64,000 bases of DNA from Selaginella moellendorffii (taxonomy: Eukaryota; Plantae; Lycopodiophyta): NCBI RefSeq assembly GCF_000143415.4, contig NW_003314308.1, positions 757,769-821,768 on the forward strand, in the 5' to 3' direction. Under the pieces are notes generated by a model. That model did no database searches, was not told the origin of the DNA, and saw nothing but the letters and a program-made list of their open reading frames with translations. Position 1 is the first letter of the stretch; every line of letters starts with the position of its first letter. The position numbers were made by a program, and so were the translations under genes. Of this stretch, positions 12,913-24,673 are shown one piece after another.

Positions 12913-15116
12913 TGTAAGTGACTAATTTTCCATTCTACTTTAGTCACTTAACCATGCCTCCAATCACTTGGAGAAGTCTCAATCACAACCTCTATAAGTC
13001 CAATTTCAAACTTAGGGCTTGCTTGCCCCGATAATGGCATCCAAGCCACTCAACCTTTGCACTTGGTCCAAGTGCTCCCCGTGTCCGATCCCCAAGGTAC
13101 CATTGACATACCAACCCGTTACGCTAGGCCATGCCCATTCACCTTGGTCACATCGGTGGTCCAACACCATTTGCGTTGCAATTCCATCTCTCCAAGACTA
13201 GGTCATCCATCCATGAGTGGTCATCCCAGATCCACTCCTTAGCGTCCTTAGGATGCTTGCAGACAGGGGGAATAGCTTTCCCCAATATCTCTTTTCCAGT
13301 CCTCACCAAGTCCCTTTTTGTCTATGGCTGTGTTTACCAACATTGCCACTAAATCAAGCCCCACAGGCCCGACCACTAAGTCCCATGGGCCTTTGGGACT
13401 TCCTCACCGTGTGATTGTGTCCTTGGTCACCAAAAAAAAGGGCTACTCCTCTTTCTTTCCACAGTCTGGGACTTTGGGACAATATTTCGGAACACCGTGG
13501 CCCTATGCATGCCTCATGGGTACTCTCCCCGCCTTCTGCCTTTGGGTGCTCTAGCCATGGGCTTAGAGTGAGGTTTCGTTGAGCCACACCAAGTATCCAA
13601 ATAGGTAGTGCCACCCACACTTGGACTGGGAACATCGACCATTCGATTTCCCGGGGGAACTAAAGCCAGCTTTTGAACACTTCACCAAACTACCCCACTT
13701 GTCGGTCCGTATTCACTCTAATCTTGGACTTCCCAGTGGTTATCCCATCACCCAACACTTGGGTGCAGCCTTCCTGGGCCAAATTAGCCTTTCCTGGCCA
13801 AACTAGCTCCACTAGAGTCCTCCCCCTACTATACTTTTGGAGCTCACCAAACCCCCCAAGGTCTGGGAGACGAACGCTTTGGGCTTTCACCCCCTCAAAC
13901 TCGAACTTGGACTCGGACTTGGATTCGGATTCAGACTCGGACTCAAACTCGGACTCGAACTCGGACTCAAACTCGGGCTTGGGCTCGGTCTTGGCCTCGG
14001 CCTCGATCCCAGTCTCGGTCTTGGTCCCGGTCTCAATCTCGGTCTCGGTCCCGGTCTCGGTCTCGATCTCGACTTCAGACTCCATCTCAGGTCCTTCTTG
14101 GACTCCATCTCAGATTCCATCTCGAACTCCATCTCGGACTCCATCTCGAACTCCATCTCGGACTCCATCTTGGGTCCATCTTAGGTCCATCTCAGACTCC
14201 ATCTCAGGTCCATCTCGAACTCCATCTCGGATTCCATCTCAGACTCCATCTTGGACTCGAACTCGGACTCAAACTCGGGCTTGGTCTTGGCCTCGGCCTC
14301 GATCCCAATCTGGGTCTCGGTCCCGGTCTCAATCTCAGTCTCGGTCCCGGTCTCGGTCTCAATCTCGACTTCGGACTCCATCTCAGGTCCTTCTCAGACT
14401 CCATCTCGAATTCCATCTCGCACTCCATCTCGGACTCCATCTCGGGTCCATCTCGGACTCCATCTGGGGTCCATCTCAGGTCCATCTCGGACTCCATCTC
14501 GGATTCCATCTCGGACTCCATCTTGGACTCCATCTCGGGTCCATCTCGGACTCCATCTTGGGTCCATCTCGGGTCCATCTCAGACTCCATCTCGGACTCC
14601 ATCTCAGGTCCATCTCGAACTCCATCTCGGTCCATCTTGGACTCCATCTCAGGTCCATCTCGGACTCCATCTCTTGTCTATCTCGGACTCCATCTTGGGT
14701 CCATCTCGGGTCCATCTCGGGTCCATCTCGGACTCCATCTCGGTCCATCTCAGACTCCATCTCGGGTCCATTTCGGACTCCATCTTGGGTCCACCTTGGA
14801 CTCCATCTCAAACTCCATCTCGGACTCCATTTTGGTCCATCTTGGACTCCATCTCAGACTCTATCTCGGACTCCATCTTAGACTCCATCTCGGACTCCAT
14901 CTCGGGTCCATCTCATGTCCCTTTTCTAGAGACTCACTTATTGCTTGCTTTGTGCTTGTTCTTTGAGCACTTCGTTGAGAGTTCCACTCCTATTCTTAAC
15001 CTTTTAAATTAGAGCTTTTAGTCCAAACGTGTTACATTCATTTGGCTTTCGCTTCGGCCACTACCACGTGGCACCCTTTTGGCTCCACTTTGGGCCTAGG
15101 GATTTTGTGTCTCACA
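12913..15116 (-). mobile_element. LTR family A (probable 3' LTR) with expanded internal satellite
   Basis: Minus strand reads TGTGAGACAC...CACTTACA, homologous to 33844-35463. Purine-rich ATGGGTGGTGGAGT immediately upstream (15117-15130) is PPT-like. No TSD. Confidence 0.85.
13895..14915. repeat. Hexamer (GGACTC/GGTCTC) and 11-12-bp (GGACTCCATCTC/GGGTCCATCTC) tandem arrays inside LTR A
   Basis: Seen directly. Includes an internal duplicated block (~13950-14250 repeated at ~14252-14500). Confidence 0.95.
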
Positions 15117-15519
15117 ACTCCACCACCCATAAATGAAGTTCGATGTCCTCATTGAACGATAATTTTTTTTATAAAGTAATATCAACATGTATTACTCTTT
15201 CCATTCTTAGCACCTCACCAATATTTGTCAATGGTTTGATACCAAAGGCTCACCATGCCTTACCCATCCTCTAAGGAGGATAGTCTCTCCAACTTAGAGA
15301 TTAATTAGACCACTTGTAGTGGTTCTCTTAAATGTGGGATCATATTGAGGACATATAAATTTCAATCTTTAAAAGTTTCCTAGCAAAACTGGCTGAGCTT
15401 CCTGGTTTCAATTTCAAGAGTGTTGCATAGGCACTCAAAGAGTTTCATCGATCACAACAATTTTGGAGAAACCAATCATGAACATTGACTTTGTTGGATG
15501 AAAGACAGACATCCAAGTT

Positions 15520-15920
15520 TGATTTGCCAATTTTTGCTGCAAGTCCAGTTGTGCTCCCCAAGAATTTGGAACGTTTTTGTTGGGAGCACAGTGTTCTCAA
15601 GCTCTACAAGCTGGTTTTCTCCTTTCCTTAGCAGTGGTCTGGGAACATACAAGTATTGCGGGCTTGCATGACAACATAAAGACTTTACAAAAAGGGTAAT
15701 TTTAAAGTTCTTTCAGGAACTTTTAAGAGTCAGAGCCAAATTTCTAGCTAAAGTGTAGATTTCTGATGATCCAGGAAGTTTATTGCAGCATTCCTCTCAT
15801 CAAGAGCTCTTTCCAATGTAAACTTGATTCATGGTACCAATGAACACGCAGTTCTAATCCTCGAATCAGGATGCGAGTGCAGTTGGACCAAGCAATGAAT
15901 TGAATCTGGTGGACCTTTGG
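15520..15920 (-). pseudogene. Possible GH35 beta-galactosidase (BGAL17-like) fragments
   Basis: Minus-strand translations PKVH..., QVYIG and QYLYVPRPLLRKGENQLVELE resemble the GH35 C-terminal LYVP.P.L..GEN motif. Disrupted. Confidence 0.4.
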
Positions 15921-16043
15921 AAAAAATAAAGGCTCTTCGTTTTTGTATCTGAAGACACTGAAGTTAATCAGAGGGAAACATATGCGAGGATATCCTTGAC
16001 CTTGATATTCTTAACTGGTGGATCGTTTAGGTCTAGGGTTTCT

Positions 16044-16760
16044 ATGGAGTACCACCCTGTTCCAGAGAATGATCCAGACATCGAAGCGTGGCTTAGGGCG
16101 ATGGATGCTGCAGTAGAGAAGATAGGAGACAACACCGGGCCAGTCTTTGTATCAGGTGAAGTTCCCAGAGATAGGTTCCTCAAAATGTATAACGAGAGCC
16201 GGGCTTACAAGCGGAACATGCTGTGGAAGTCTGGCTCACTTTTCATCCAAGCAGATTACACGGACCATCATGAACAGGTAAGGTACTGGCTGCATGCAAA
16301 GCTCCTCCAGGAATTCCAAAGGCTGGGGGTCGTGTTTCTGGGGAGCAGCCGGCAAGTCTCTTTGTCTCCTGGAGGTTTGATGGAAATCGGAAATGATCGG
16401 TACCAGCAAGTGGATTTGTTTGTGCTAGAGAAATCAAAGGAGGACCGCAATATCAAGAAGGCAAGGGTAATCTTGGCAGCCCAAGTTGTATATCGCAATG
16501 AAGATCCACGGGCTGTTTTTGATGATATGGAAGTGCTTGTTGGGGAGCGAGGCGGGGCCAAGGTTGCCTTGGGGATCATTGTTGGTGATCCTTCTGTTGT
16601 GTATTACAGGGACAGGCAGACTACCGAGACTCAAGTGATCCAAGCAATCGATGGAAACGTTCTGCGATTCAAGTGGCAAGAGCTCTTTGATGAAGTGCAT
16701 GTCGAAGGGGAGACGGTTCTAGACTTGGGCCTGCTAACGGATCACGCAACTTCTGTTTAG
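16044..16760 (+). CDS. Intronless Uma2/DUF820-like PD-(D/E)xK restriction-endonuclease-fold protein (238 aa)
   Basis: Open ORF from ATG 16044, preceded by TAGGGTTT. HEQ helix, YQQVD (PD position), VILAAQVVYRNE (E-x-x position holds Q), and VALGIIV strand, as in Uma2/Crinkler-type REase domains. Confidence 0.6.
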   Translation: MEYHPVPENDPDIEAWLRAMDAAVEKIGDNTGPVFVSGEVPRDRFLKMYNESRAYKRNMLWKSGSLFIQADYTDHHEQVRYWLHAKLLQEFQRLGVVFLGSSRQVSLSPGGLMEIGNDRYQQVDLFVLEKSKEDRNIKKARVILAAQVVYRNEDPRAVFDDMEVLVGERGGAKVALGIIVGDPSVVYYRDRQTTETQVIQAIDGNVLRFKWQELFDEVHVEGETVLDLGLLTDHATSV

Positions 16761-16974
16761 CAGTTTTTTAATTCAAAGTGAACTTTTTATTATATCTTGG
16801 TTTTTCATGACAACCTTTTCTTTTCTATCGTTTCAAAATGAGTATGAATCTACAAGCAGTACCTTGCGCGCATTGGGATAAGAAATAATTCTGTGGCTTC
16901 TTTCCATCAGAATTCTTGCTGATTTTATTCCTTCCTGCGTATGAAAAAAAAAAGTTCTTGTTCTTCGTTGTTGG

Positions 16975-17880
16975 TGTAGATCTTCGAACACAGCAGTCTT
17001 TCCATATGTTTTCCTGCTTCGATGACGACGCAAACATGGTATCATCTCCTTTTTCCTTGCTCCTTTTCCTCATATCAGTTCGAACAGGTCGGTCGAATTC
17101 AATTCAATGGAAAGTTTCGGGATCTTTTCAGAGTTCATCCGCTCAGCACTCCAGTTTTGGTTTTGGTTCCAACGGGGAACGGTCTTTCGCGGATGAAGCC
17201 TCCTCGTCTCTCTCGGTACTTGAGCATTTGTTGAAAGGATCACAACTCTTTTCTTTTTTCTTCTTACAGACAGTTGTTGACATCAACTATACTCGCAGGA
17301 TATCGGATTCCTCAAACAATAAAATCGAGCAGCGGCTTTCGCCAGGCATCGAAGAAGCAATGCATCTTTCAAGTCTTGACATGAGGTAAATACCGTTCTG
17401 CTTGCCGTTCTGAAAATTTCCTACGTAAAACAGTTCCGGAGATTTTTCACGAAAGGAGATACCAATGCAAGTAGTATCCTGTATCCTGATTCAACCTCGC
17501 GAATCCTCCTCCCGATCCTCTACTTTCGTTGCAGCAGACACTGTTTAACGAAGAAAAGACTGCGTTCGAAGAAGCCATGCGTCAAAGCAAACAGTGAAGT
17601 TATTCCTGCTCAACTTCTTGACAAGTTTTCTTTCTTTTTGGTTCTCTAGGGGCCAGCGAATCCATCCTCTGGCAGCTTCACACCACTGCGGGACGCACCA
17701 GGCGTCCCTATGGAAGTCTGGTACTCGCATTGTTCTGTTTCCTTTTACACTCTCCATTCAGGTTCTTTCTCTAGCCTGGTGCCTGCGATTACGAACGACA
17801 CTGTACTGCAGCAGGAAGAAGCAGCGCAGCCAGGAAACAAACCGGACGCGATGGCACGCGGTGGAACTCAGAGCGTACTC
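16975..17880 (+). pseudogene. BRCC36: BRCC36 (K63 deubiquitinase) 3' fragment, intron-containing pseudogene
   Basis: VDLRTQ...FSCFDDDANM/VGRIQ, IEEAMHLSSLD, LQQTLFNEEKTAF, GQRIHPLAASHHCGTHQASL match the plant BRCC36 C-half. The N-terminal MPN/JAMM part is absent, with deletions and stops. Confidence 0.75.
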
Positions 17881-18282
17881 AGTAAAGGATTCCCGATTTG
17901 GATCAACGTGTGTGAGGAAACGCCGTATGACGTGCTCTTAGTTTCCGCAAAGGGATTGAAGAGGTCCCTCCAGCAGACAAGCAAGCTTCAACTCGGAGGC
18001 TCCTTCCTCGGCTTGACAAGTTCATGTAAGCTTTTTGCTACTCTGATCATGGAAGTTGGATGTTACAGATCTAGAGAGGCTACTTAACGAAGTGCTCGAG
18101 AGTTCTTTTTGTCAGTTTGAAGCTCGAGGAATTCTGCATGATAAACTCCTTCGAGTGAAAACACCCATGTTTGTCAAATTTAAACACAAATTAAGTAGTT
18201 TAATAAACCCGTTTAAGGATTTTAGGATTATGATATTGGGATATGCCCTCGTATGCTCTAGGGTAAGGCCATTTGCTCGTCA

Positions 18283-19887
18283 ATGACGTCGGAGCCCTTC
18301 AGGAGGTAGGCGCGATCGCCCGGCGCCTCGTTCTAAATTCTTCCTTGCTTGCCAGGCTCGTGAGGCTGGTGGCGCGAGCGTTCTACGACGATGAGATCCC
18401 CCACAAGGGCGCAAACCCTGGCAAGTCCGGCAAATCGGACAACAAGGGGATCAGTGTGGTGGTGCTGGATGCGCTGACGAGGTAAAGAAAATCAGCGCTG
18501 CAGGCATCTAGCTTCTTTGGGCTGTGATCAGATGATTCATGGGATCAGAATGACAGAAGACAATGGGTGAAAGAGGAAGAGCTGGCCAAGAGGCTCAAGC
18601 TCCATCCAAAGCAGCTCCGCCGGACGCTCAGAGTTCTCGAGGACGAGATGCTGGTGATTCGAGAGGACCACAAAGAGGTTTTTGCTCTCTTCTTTTTCTT
18701 TTCCTTGTTTTTGCGCTTCGGCATCTATCTTAGCTCTTTCTTTCAGACGACCAAGAATGCAAAGGTTTATAATGCAGCTGTGGCTGTCGCTGATGGCGAG
18801 CAACAAGGTGGTCCTGCCAACGAGAAGACGAAGGCTCTTCTACATTCGTACTGCTGCTTAGATTATGCTCAGGTATAGCAGTAGACGTTCGTGAATCTTA
18901 CTTGGCTCTTGATTCCTTCGTGTCACAGATTTGCGATGTTGTTAGATATAGGATACACCGCGCGAAAAAGATGATCAAGGACGAACTCGAGGACAAGAAC
19001 ACTGTGCAAGAGTATGTTTGTCCGGACTCTGGTTGTGGTAGGAGGTAAGCGCGTCGAATTGCTCTGCTGCCAGCTAAAGAGAGTCGTTTTTGCTTAATAG
19101 TGCATTTCTTTTCTCACAGTCCTGTATTTTCTCTGTGAAGATACTCCGCTCTGGATGCATCAAGGCTGATCAGCCCAGTGGATATGAACTTCCATTGCGA
19201 GAGATGTGATGCCGAGCTTGTTGCAAACAATGATAAGCTAGCGCCTAAAGACCTTGGCGAAGGGAATAATGAGGAAAACGCGAGGCGGCGCCAGCGCGAG
19301 AAACTCAAGGAGATGCTTGAGCGCATGGAGGTTTGTATGTTCTAGCCTGTCAAAGGTTTTGCTAACGTCGTTTCCACACAGGTCCAGCTAAAGCCTTTGA
19401 CGGACCAGCTCGCAAAGCTGAAAGATCTGACCCCTCCGGACTATGGATCATTTTCGCAATGGCAAGAAAGGACGCTGGCGCAGGCCAGGGGCGACGGAGA
19501 CGGTGATCATAAAACTGCTAATGGAGAACGACCGAGCGTACCGATGCCGTTCCTGGGCGAAACCAAGGCAAGAGTTTTTTTTTTCTCTCGTCAAGACCAC
19601 CTCTCATGTTGCATCGTTTCTATCAGGTGGAAGTGGCTTTTGCTGGCTCGGATACGAAGGAGGCTGTCAAAGAGGATCCTGGAAAATCCATGAAAGTTCT
19701 TCCGCCTTGGATGATACGGCAGGGAATGTCTCTAACAGCACAGCAACGGGGCGAAGTTAAGACCGAGGAGGGTGCTTCCTCCGATACAAAGCCAACCGTA
19801 GCGCCAACGATGGACGAGAAGCCCATGTCCGCCGAGAGGCAACTACAGGAGGAATACGTGAAGGCTTATTACGCAGCGCTGATGCTC

Positions 19888-19918
<31 letters not shown>

Positions 19919-20190
19919 CAGGCGATGCTCTGGACGAAGTCAAGAAGGAAGAACCGGATCAAGAGAATGGTTTTGCTGCGATTGCTGGAGATCGTGTTGT
20001 GGGGGTCAAGTCGAAGCGAGACGATGCCGAAGACGATGTAGAATGGGAGGAAGAAGCTCCATCCACAGGTTTGCGTTCTCCGATTTCATTCGCTTCCATC
20101 GCTAAGCTTTGCTAAGCTTTTGGTTTTTTGGCAGAGGCTGGAGCTGCTGGAGCTGCTGACGTTGGCGACGATGATATCGACTGGGAATGA
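18283..20190 (+). CDS. GTF2E1: General transcription factor IIE subunit alpha (multi-exon)
   Basis: MTSEPFRRLVRLVARAFYDD, WVKEEELAKRLKLHPKQLRRTLR, zinc ribbon CP..GC.RRYSALDA...FHCERC, KVLPPWMIRQGM, acidic DDDIDWE stop. Confidence 0.93.
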
Positions 20191-20405
20191 TCGTAGCCCA
20201 CCACCACGTTGCTGGGATTATTTTTTGCTTTTCTCTCGCGGAAGAGAGCTAGATATAGCATAGCAAATGTTCTTTCCAATTTTTAATGTACGGAAGAACA
20301 TTGGTGGTCTGGCCGTACGGTGGATCTGTTTAGAGTTAAGCTAATAGACATTCCCCACATTTTTAACTTTAACACGTTCTCAGTGGATTAGGGTTTTGAG
20401 GCTCG

Positions 20406-22242
20406 ATGGGTGAGGAGGGACTCTTGCCCAAGGACTCGGCGGCTCTCATGGCGATCCTGAGCGACAGGGAGCTCACCTTCGCCGGCGCTGTGGAGGTTTT
20501 CACTCGCCAGTTCGATGCGACGATGCACTTCCAGCTCTCGTGCAATCTCGTGCTGCTGCTCCAGGTACCGTGGAAGCAAGATTTTGCCCCATTTCCCTCA
20601 TAGTTGCGATGATCGGCTAGGAAGGGATCATTCTCCAGAAAGAACAGCGGCTCGTGGCACTCTACATTCTCCACAGCTTGTATATCACACAGACCGAGAC
20701 GAATCCATTCGTCTCGTTTCTTCTCCGGGTAAGTCCATGGCTAGCCTCTTTGTTTGGAGATATTTCCTCCATTGTTTTTCTAAGCTCTTCTCCACAGTTC
20801 ACTGCCGACGAGTCTGTTGCGAAGCTCGAGAGAGGTTTTCTTGTCACATTGATTCGTAGCGGTAACAAAGAGGTGAGCTGCTTGGATCTAAGTTGAGAGT
20901 TCATGTTCTTCTCATTGCAGTTTGAGAAACGAACGCCCAGTGACTTCGTGACTACCTTTGATGGATCCCTCCAAGTGAGTTTTGCTTCTTTTTTCCTCCT
21001 TATATCTATGTGTAAACGTAGAGTTTCTTCCTAGGCGCCTACCAAAGACCAAGTGCAAAAGCAAGCGCCACAAAAGGCTGTAAGTTTCTTGCCTGGACCG
21101 AATTGCTTTAGCAAGGCTGCCATCAGAAACGTACTCCCAGACCCGGATTTACCGTCCGGGTACAGTTCGGACGGTCTGGAAACGGGAGTCTCTGAATCTG
21201 AGAGTGGCGAGTTGGCAGCCATCGAGCTGATGCAAGCCAGCACTCTGAAAGGATTGGAGCCGGCATGGGACAGACCGATCCCTCCAAAGTTTCCACTTCG
21301 CAAAGAAGAGGTAGGCTGTTGATTGCCCATACTCATAACTCAAGCTAGCTAATCAATCATTTCGTTTTGTGACAAGCTTCTTTGGCTTACTCCAGACAGC
21401 GAACACGACCTCTTATGGCATTCTGGGATGTGTGCGGATTCAAGTCGGGGTGCTGCAGTCCGTGAACTTATCGCAAGGGCTTTGAAAGGCGCACTAGCTC
21501 CGGCACAACAGCAGGTTGCTTCTACTTGTAGATGCCTTGTGCTCATAGTTTTACGAATTTACAGCAAGTTCTTCAAGAGCTGGAGTCCGATCCGAAGCTT
21601 GTCTATCACTGTGGTCTCACGCCGCGTAGACTACCAGTACGTATGGCACTCTTTTAGGCTGTTTGGCTTATCAATCTCTCATCATTAGGAACTCGTTGAA
21701 AACAATCCTATTATTGCAGTTGAGGTTCTTCTCAAGCTGATGAACTCGGTACAAAGCTCCGAGTAAGTACGTCCGTGGAGATTACAAGTTGTTTATCTCG
21801 CTTCGGTTTCTACAGGTATTTCAACGCGCTTGTAAGCATGGACATGAGCCTACACTCCATGGAAGTCGTCAATCGCCTGACAACGGCCGTGCAGATCCCT
21901 GTCGAATATATCCATGCCTACATTAACAATTGCATATCTTCATGCGAGAATATGAAGGTAGGAGTGGCCTAGAAGTGAGCATGGCTTGCTCATTCGGTTT
22001 CTTAGCAGGACAAGTACATGCAAAATCGATTGGTGAGACTGGTGTGCGTCTTTTTGACGAGCCTCATTCGCAATAGAATCATAAACGGTAACGAAAAACA
22101 TTTTTCTCTTACTGAGGACTTAACGTTAGTTTGTGGTGTAACAGTTCACGATCTGTTTATCGAAGTTCAAGCGTTCTGCATCGAGTTTTCCCGCATCAGA
22201 GAGGCCGCGGGCCTTTTCAGGCTGCTCAAGTCACTGGAATAG
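20406..22242 (+). CDS. CNOT11: CCR4-NOT complex subunit 11 (multi-exon)
   Basis: [72 protein letters not shown]. Confidence 0.95.
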
Positions 22243-22354
22243 GTACATAGCTAGGCCAATTTATTGCAAGCTAATTTGTGAAACTGGATCCGCTGCAATG
22301 GAAATAGTATTTTCCTTACAAGTGTTGTTTGGGGGTTAGGGAAGGCTACAGAAA

Positions 22355-24093
22355 ATGGCTGCTCTACGACTCCAGTTCCAGTTCTCAGGGAACCTGCTTC
22401 AAAGCTCTTCGAAAAGATGCTCCTTAAGTTCCAAGCGAAGTGTTTGCCGATTGGGTGCTGTAGAACTCGAAGACTGCGCGCTCAAAGTAGCTCAATTTGA
22501 TGGTGGCAAGCCGGTGGAAGAGTCTTTGACAGCACCCAGTTCCTGGTACTGGAGTTCTTCGCTCGCGTCACTCGAGATGGAGTGCATCTTTGGAAGAGGT
22601 TGGCATGCCGCAGGTACTTCACTTTCTTTCGGTTTTGCTTGTCAACAATGCCCGTTTTCTAACCAGGTTATGTCGAGCAGCTGGAAAACCCGAGGCAGTT
22701 CTTCACTGGAAGGTATTTTTGAGTCATGTTGAGAAACTTTTCATTCTCTTGAGTTTTATCCAGCCTCGGGCGAGTGAGATACGTTGTTTGCAGAGACGAG
22801 CAAGGTCAGCTTCATGCATTTCACAATGTCTGTAGGCATCATGCTGCGCCTGTTGCTTCTGGCTCTGGATGTACGCCTTCGTTTTCATGTCCTTATCATG
22901 TCTGTGAACAATCTCTCTGGCCTGTAAAACTAACTTGCCTTTTTTTTTCTTGCAGGGATGGACCTACGGCCTCGATGGTAATCTTCTAAAGGCCACTCGT
23001 ATTACAGGCATTAAGAACTTCAATCCACGGGTAAGCTGAGTCTTCTCTTCTTTTGTGTGTTGTCTGATCGTGTCATGCGTTCACAGGAAAGTGGCTTGGT
23101 TCCCATCCAAGTGGCTGCATGGGGGCCTTTTGTGCTCATTAATCTCGATGCTCAAGCAAATCAGGAACTTGTAGCAGTCGAGTGGCTTGGATCCTCTTCT
23201 GATTTGCTAGTTGCGGCCGGTATTGATAGATCCTTACGACATGTTGCACGGAGAGACTACGTTATCGACTGCAACTGGAAAGTATGTGTTTTCTTTTCTT
23301 TTCTTGTATAAAATGCATCAAAAGCTAACGCTTTCCAATGTCAACAGGTGTACTGTGATAACTATCTCGATGGTGGATATCACGTACCTTTTGCACATCC
23401 GGGGCTGGCAAAGGGATTGGATCTCGCATCGTATAAAACTGTGGTAAGCTCTGGTTTTCGGTTTTTATTTATTTGTTTCTCTCTTTACTTTTTTTTTTTT
23501 ATGTGATTAGCTTTATGAAACTGTGAGCATCCAAAGCTGCAGGTCCAAGAACACTGGAGAGGAAAGACTTGGAGAGCGCGCTACGTATGCTTTCGTGTAT
23601 CCAAATTTCATGATCAACAGGTATACACTTCGGTTTTCTATTTTTTTTTTGCTCTGACTCCAAACAACAGGTATGGGCCATGGATGGACACCAACCTGGT
23701 TCTTCCAATCGCTCCAAACAAGTGTCAGGTTGTGTTTGACTACTACCTGGAGCCACAGTTCTGCGTAAGCTTCCGCAATCTCGTCTCGCAGCTCGCTCAC
23801 TCTTTTCACCACAGCAGGACAAAGAATTCATCGCTAGCAGTCTCGAGGAAAGCGATCAAGTCCAGGTACGATTCATCTTAGTTTTTTTGGTTTGTGCTGA
23901 AAAAGCTGCGTGTTTTTCTTAGAGAGAAGACGTAACTCTATGTCAGAGTGTCCAGCAAGGGCTCGAGTCCTTGTCGTATGACGCGGGACGTTACGCACCC
24001 AAAGTGGAAGAGGCGATGCACCACTTTCACTGCCGCCTCCACAACGATCTTCTCCTGGGAATCAAACGCGCAAAAATTCCTAGTGGTATGTGA
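22355..24093 (+). CDS. CMO: Choline monooxygenase-like Rieske oxygenase, plastid-targeted (multi-exon)
   Basis: Transit-like N-terminus, Rieske motif HNVCRHH...CPYHGWTY, CNWKVYCDNYLDGGYHVPFAH, YPNFMINRYGPWMDTN, MHHFHCRLH. Confidence 0.92.
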
Positions 24094-24673
24094 CAATCTT
24101 CTTTTCATCCACACCACAGTTGGTCTAACGATTCCATTCCATCGCTGGTTTTATAGTTGAGCGCTCGTGTCAAAGAGAAGTTTGAGCACGGATCCAAGAT
24201 TCTTTTAAGTGACGCTAACAGGAATCGAGCTCCGTGTCAAATTCCACTACCACGTGTGCGATAAATATCTTGTAAGACCTTTCCATTTGGCGTAATGAGA
24301 AAAAACTTTGTTGGTAGCGGAGTGGAATAAAGTGATTGAATATTCTCCGCCCAGATGCTTGGCCGAACCCTCCAGCGTTATCTCTCCACGTGTCGCGCTT
24401 GGAGGCCCCAAGATCGGGTGCCCTGATCTTCGACGTGGCAGGTATAAGACCGTCGATCTGGTGTGCGAGCTTTTGTGGCACGGGCGATGGATGCGCCAAA
24501 ATGCTCGTCGATCGAGGATGGAACGCGCTCGGTTTCTCTGGATTTGAGGTAGCTGTGGCGGATTCTCTGGCCGGTTTCGGCGCATTCGATCGGCATCGGT
24601 GATATTTCGAGGGGAAAGATCGGGCATTCTCTTCCGGGGATAGGAATCATAGGAGGCGAGGCACCGATCGAGA

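Noticed and set aside
13673-15012. Long Ser/Arg/Pro- or Glu/Met-rich ORFs in several frames (also 33802-34599 and 7027-7330)
   Set aside because: They are by-products of stop-free LTR tandem repeats.
15330-15500. Faint Copia GAG-pre-integrase-like motif (GHINF)
   Set aside because: Too short and degenerate to support a call.
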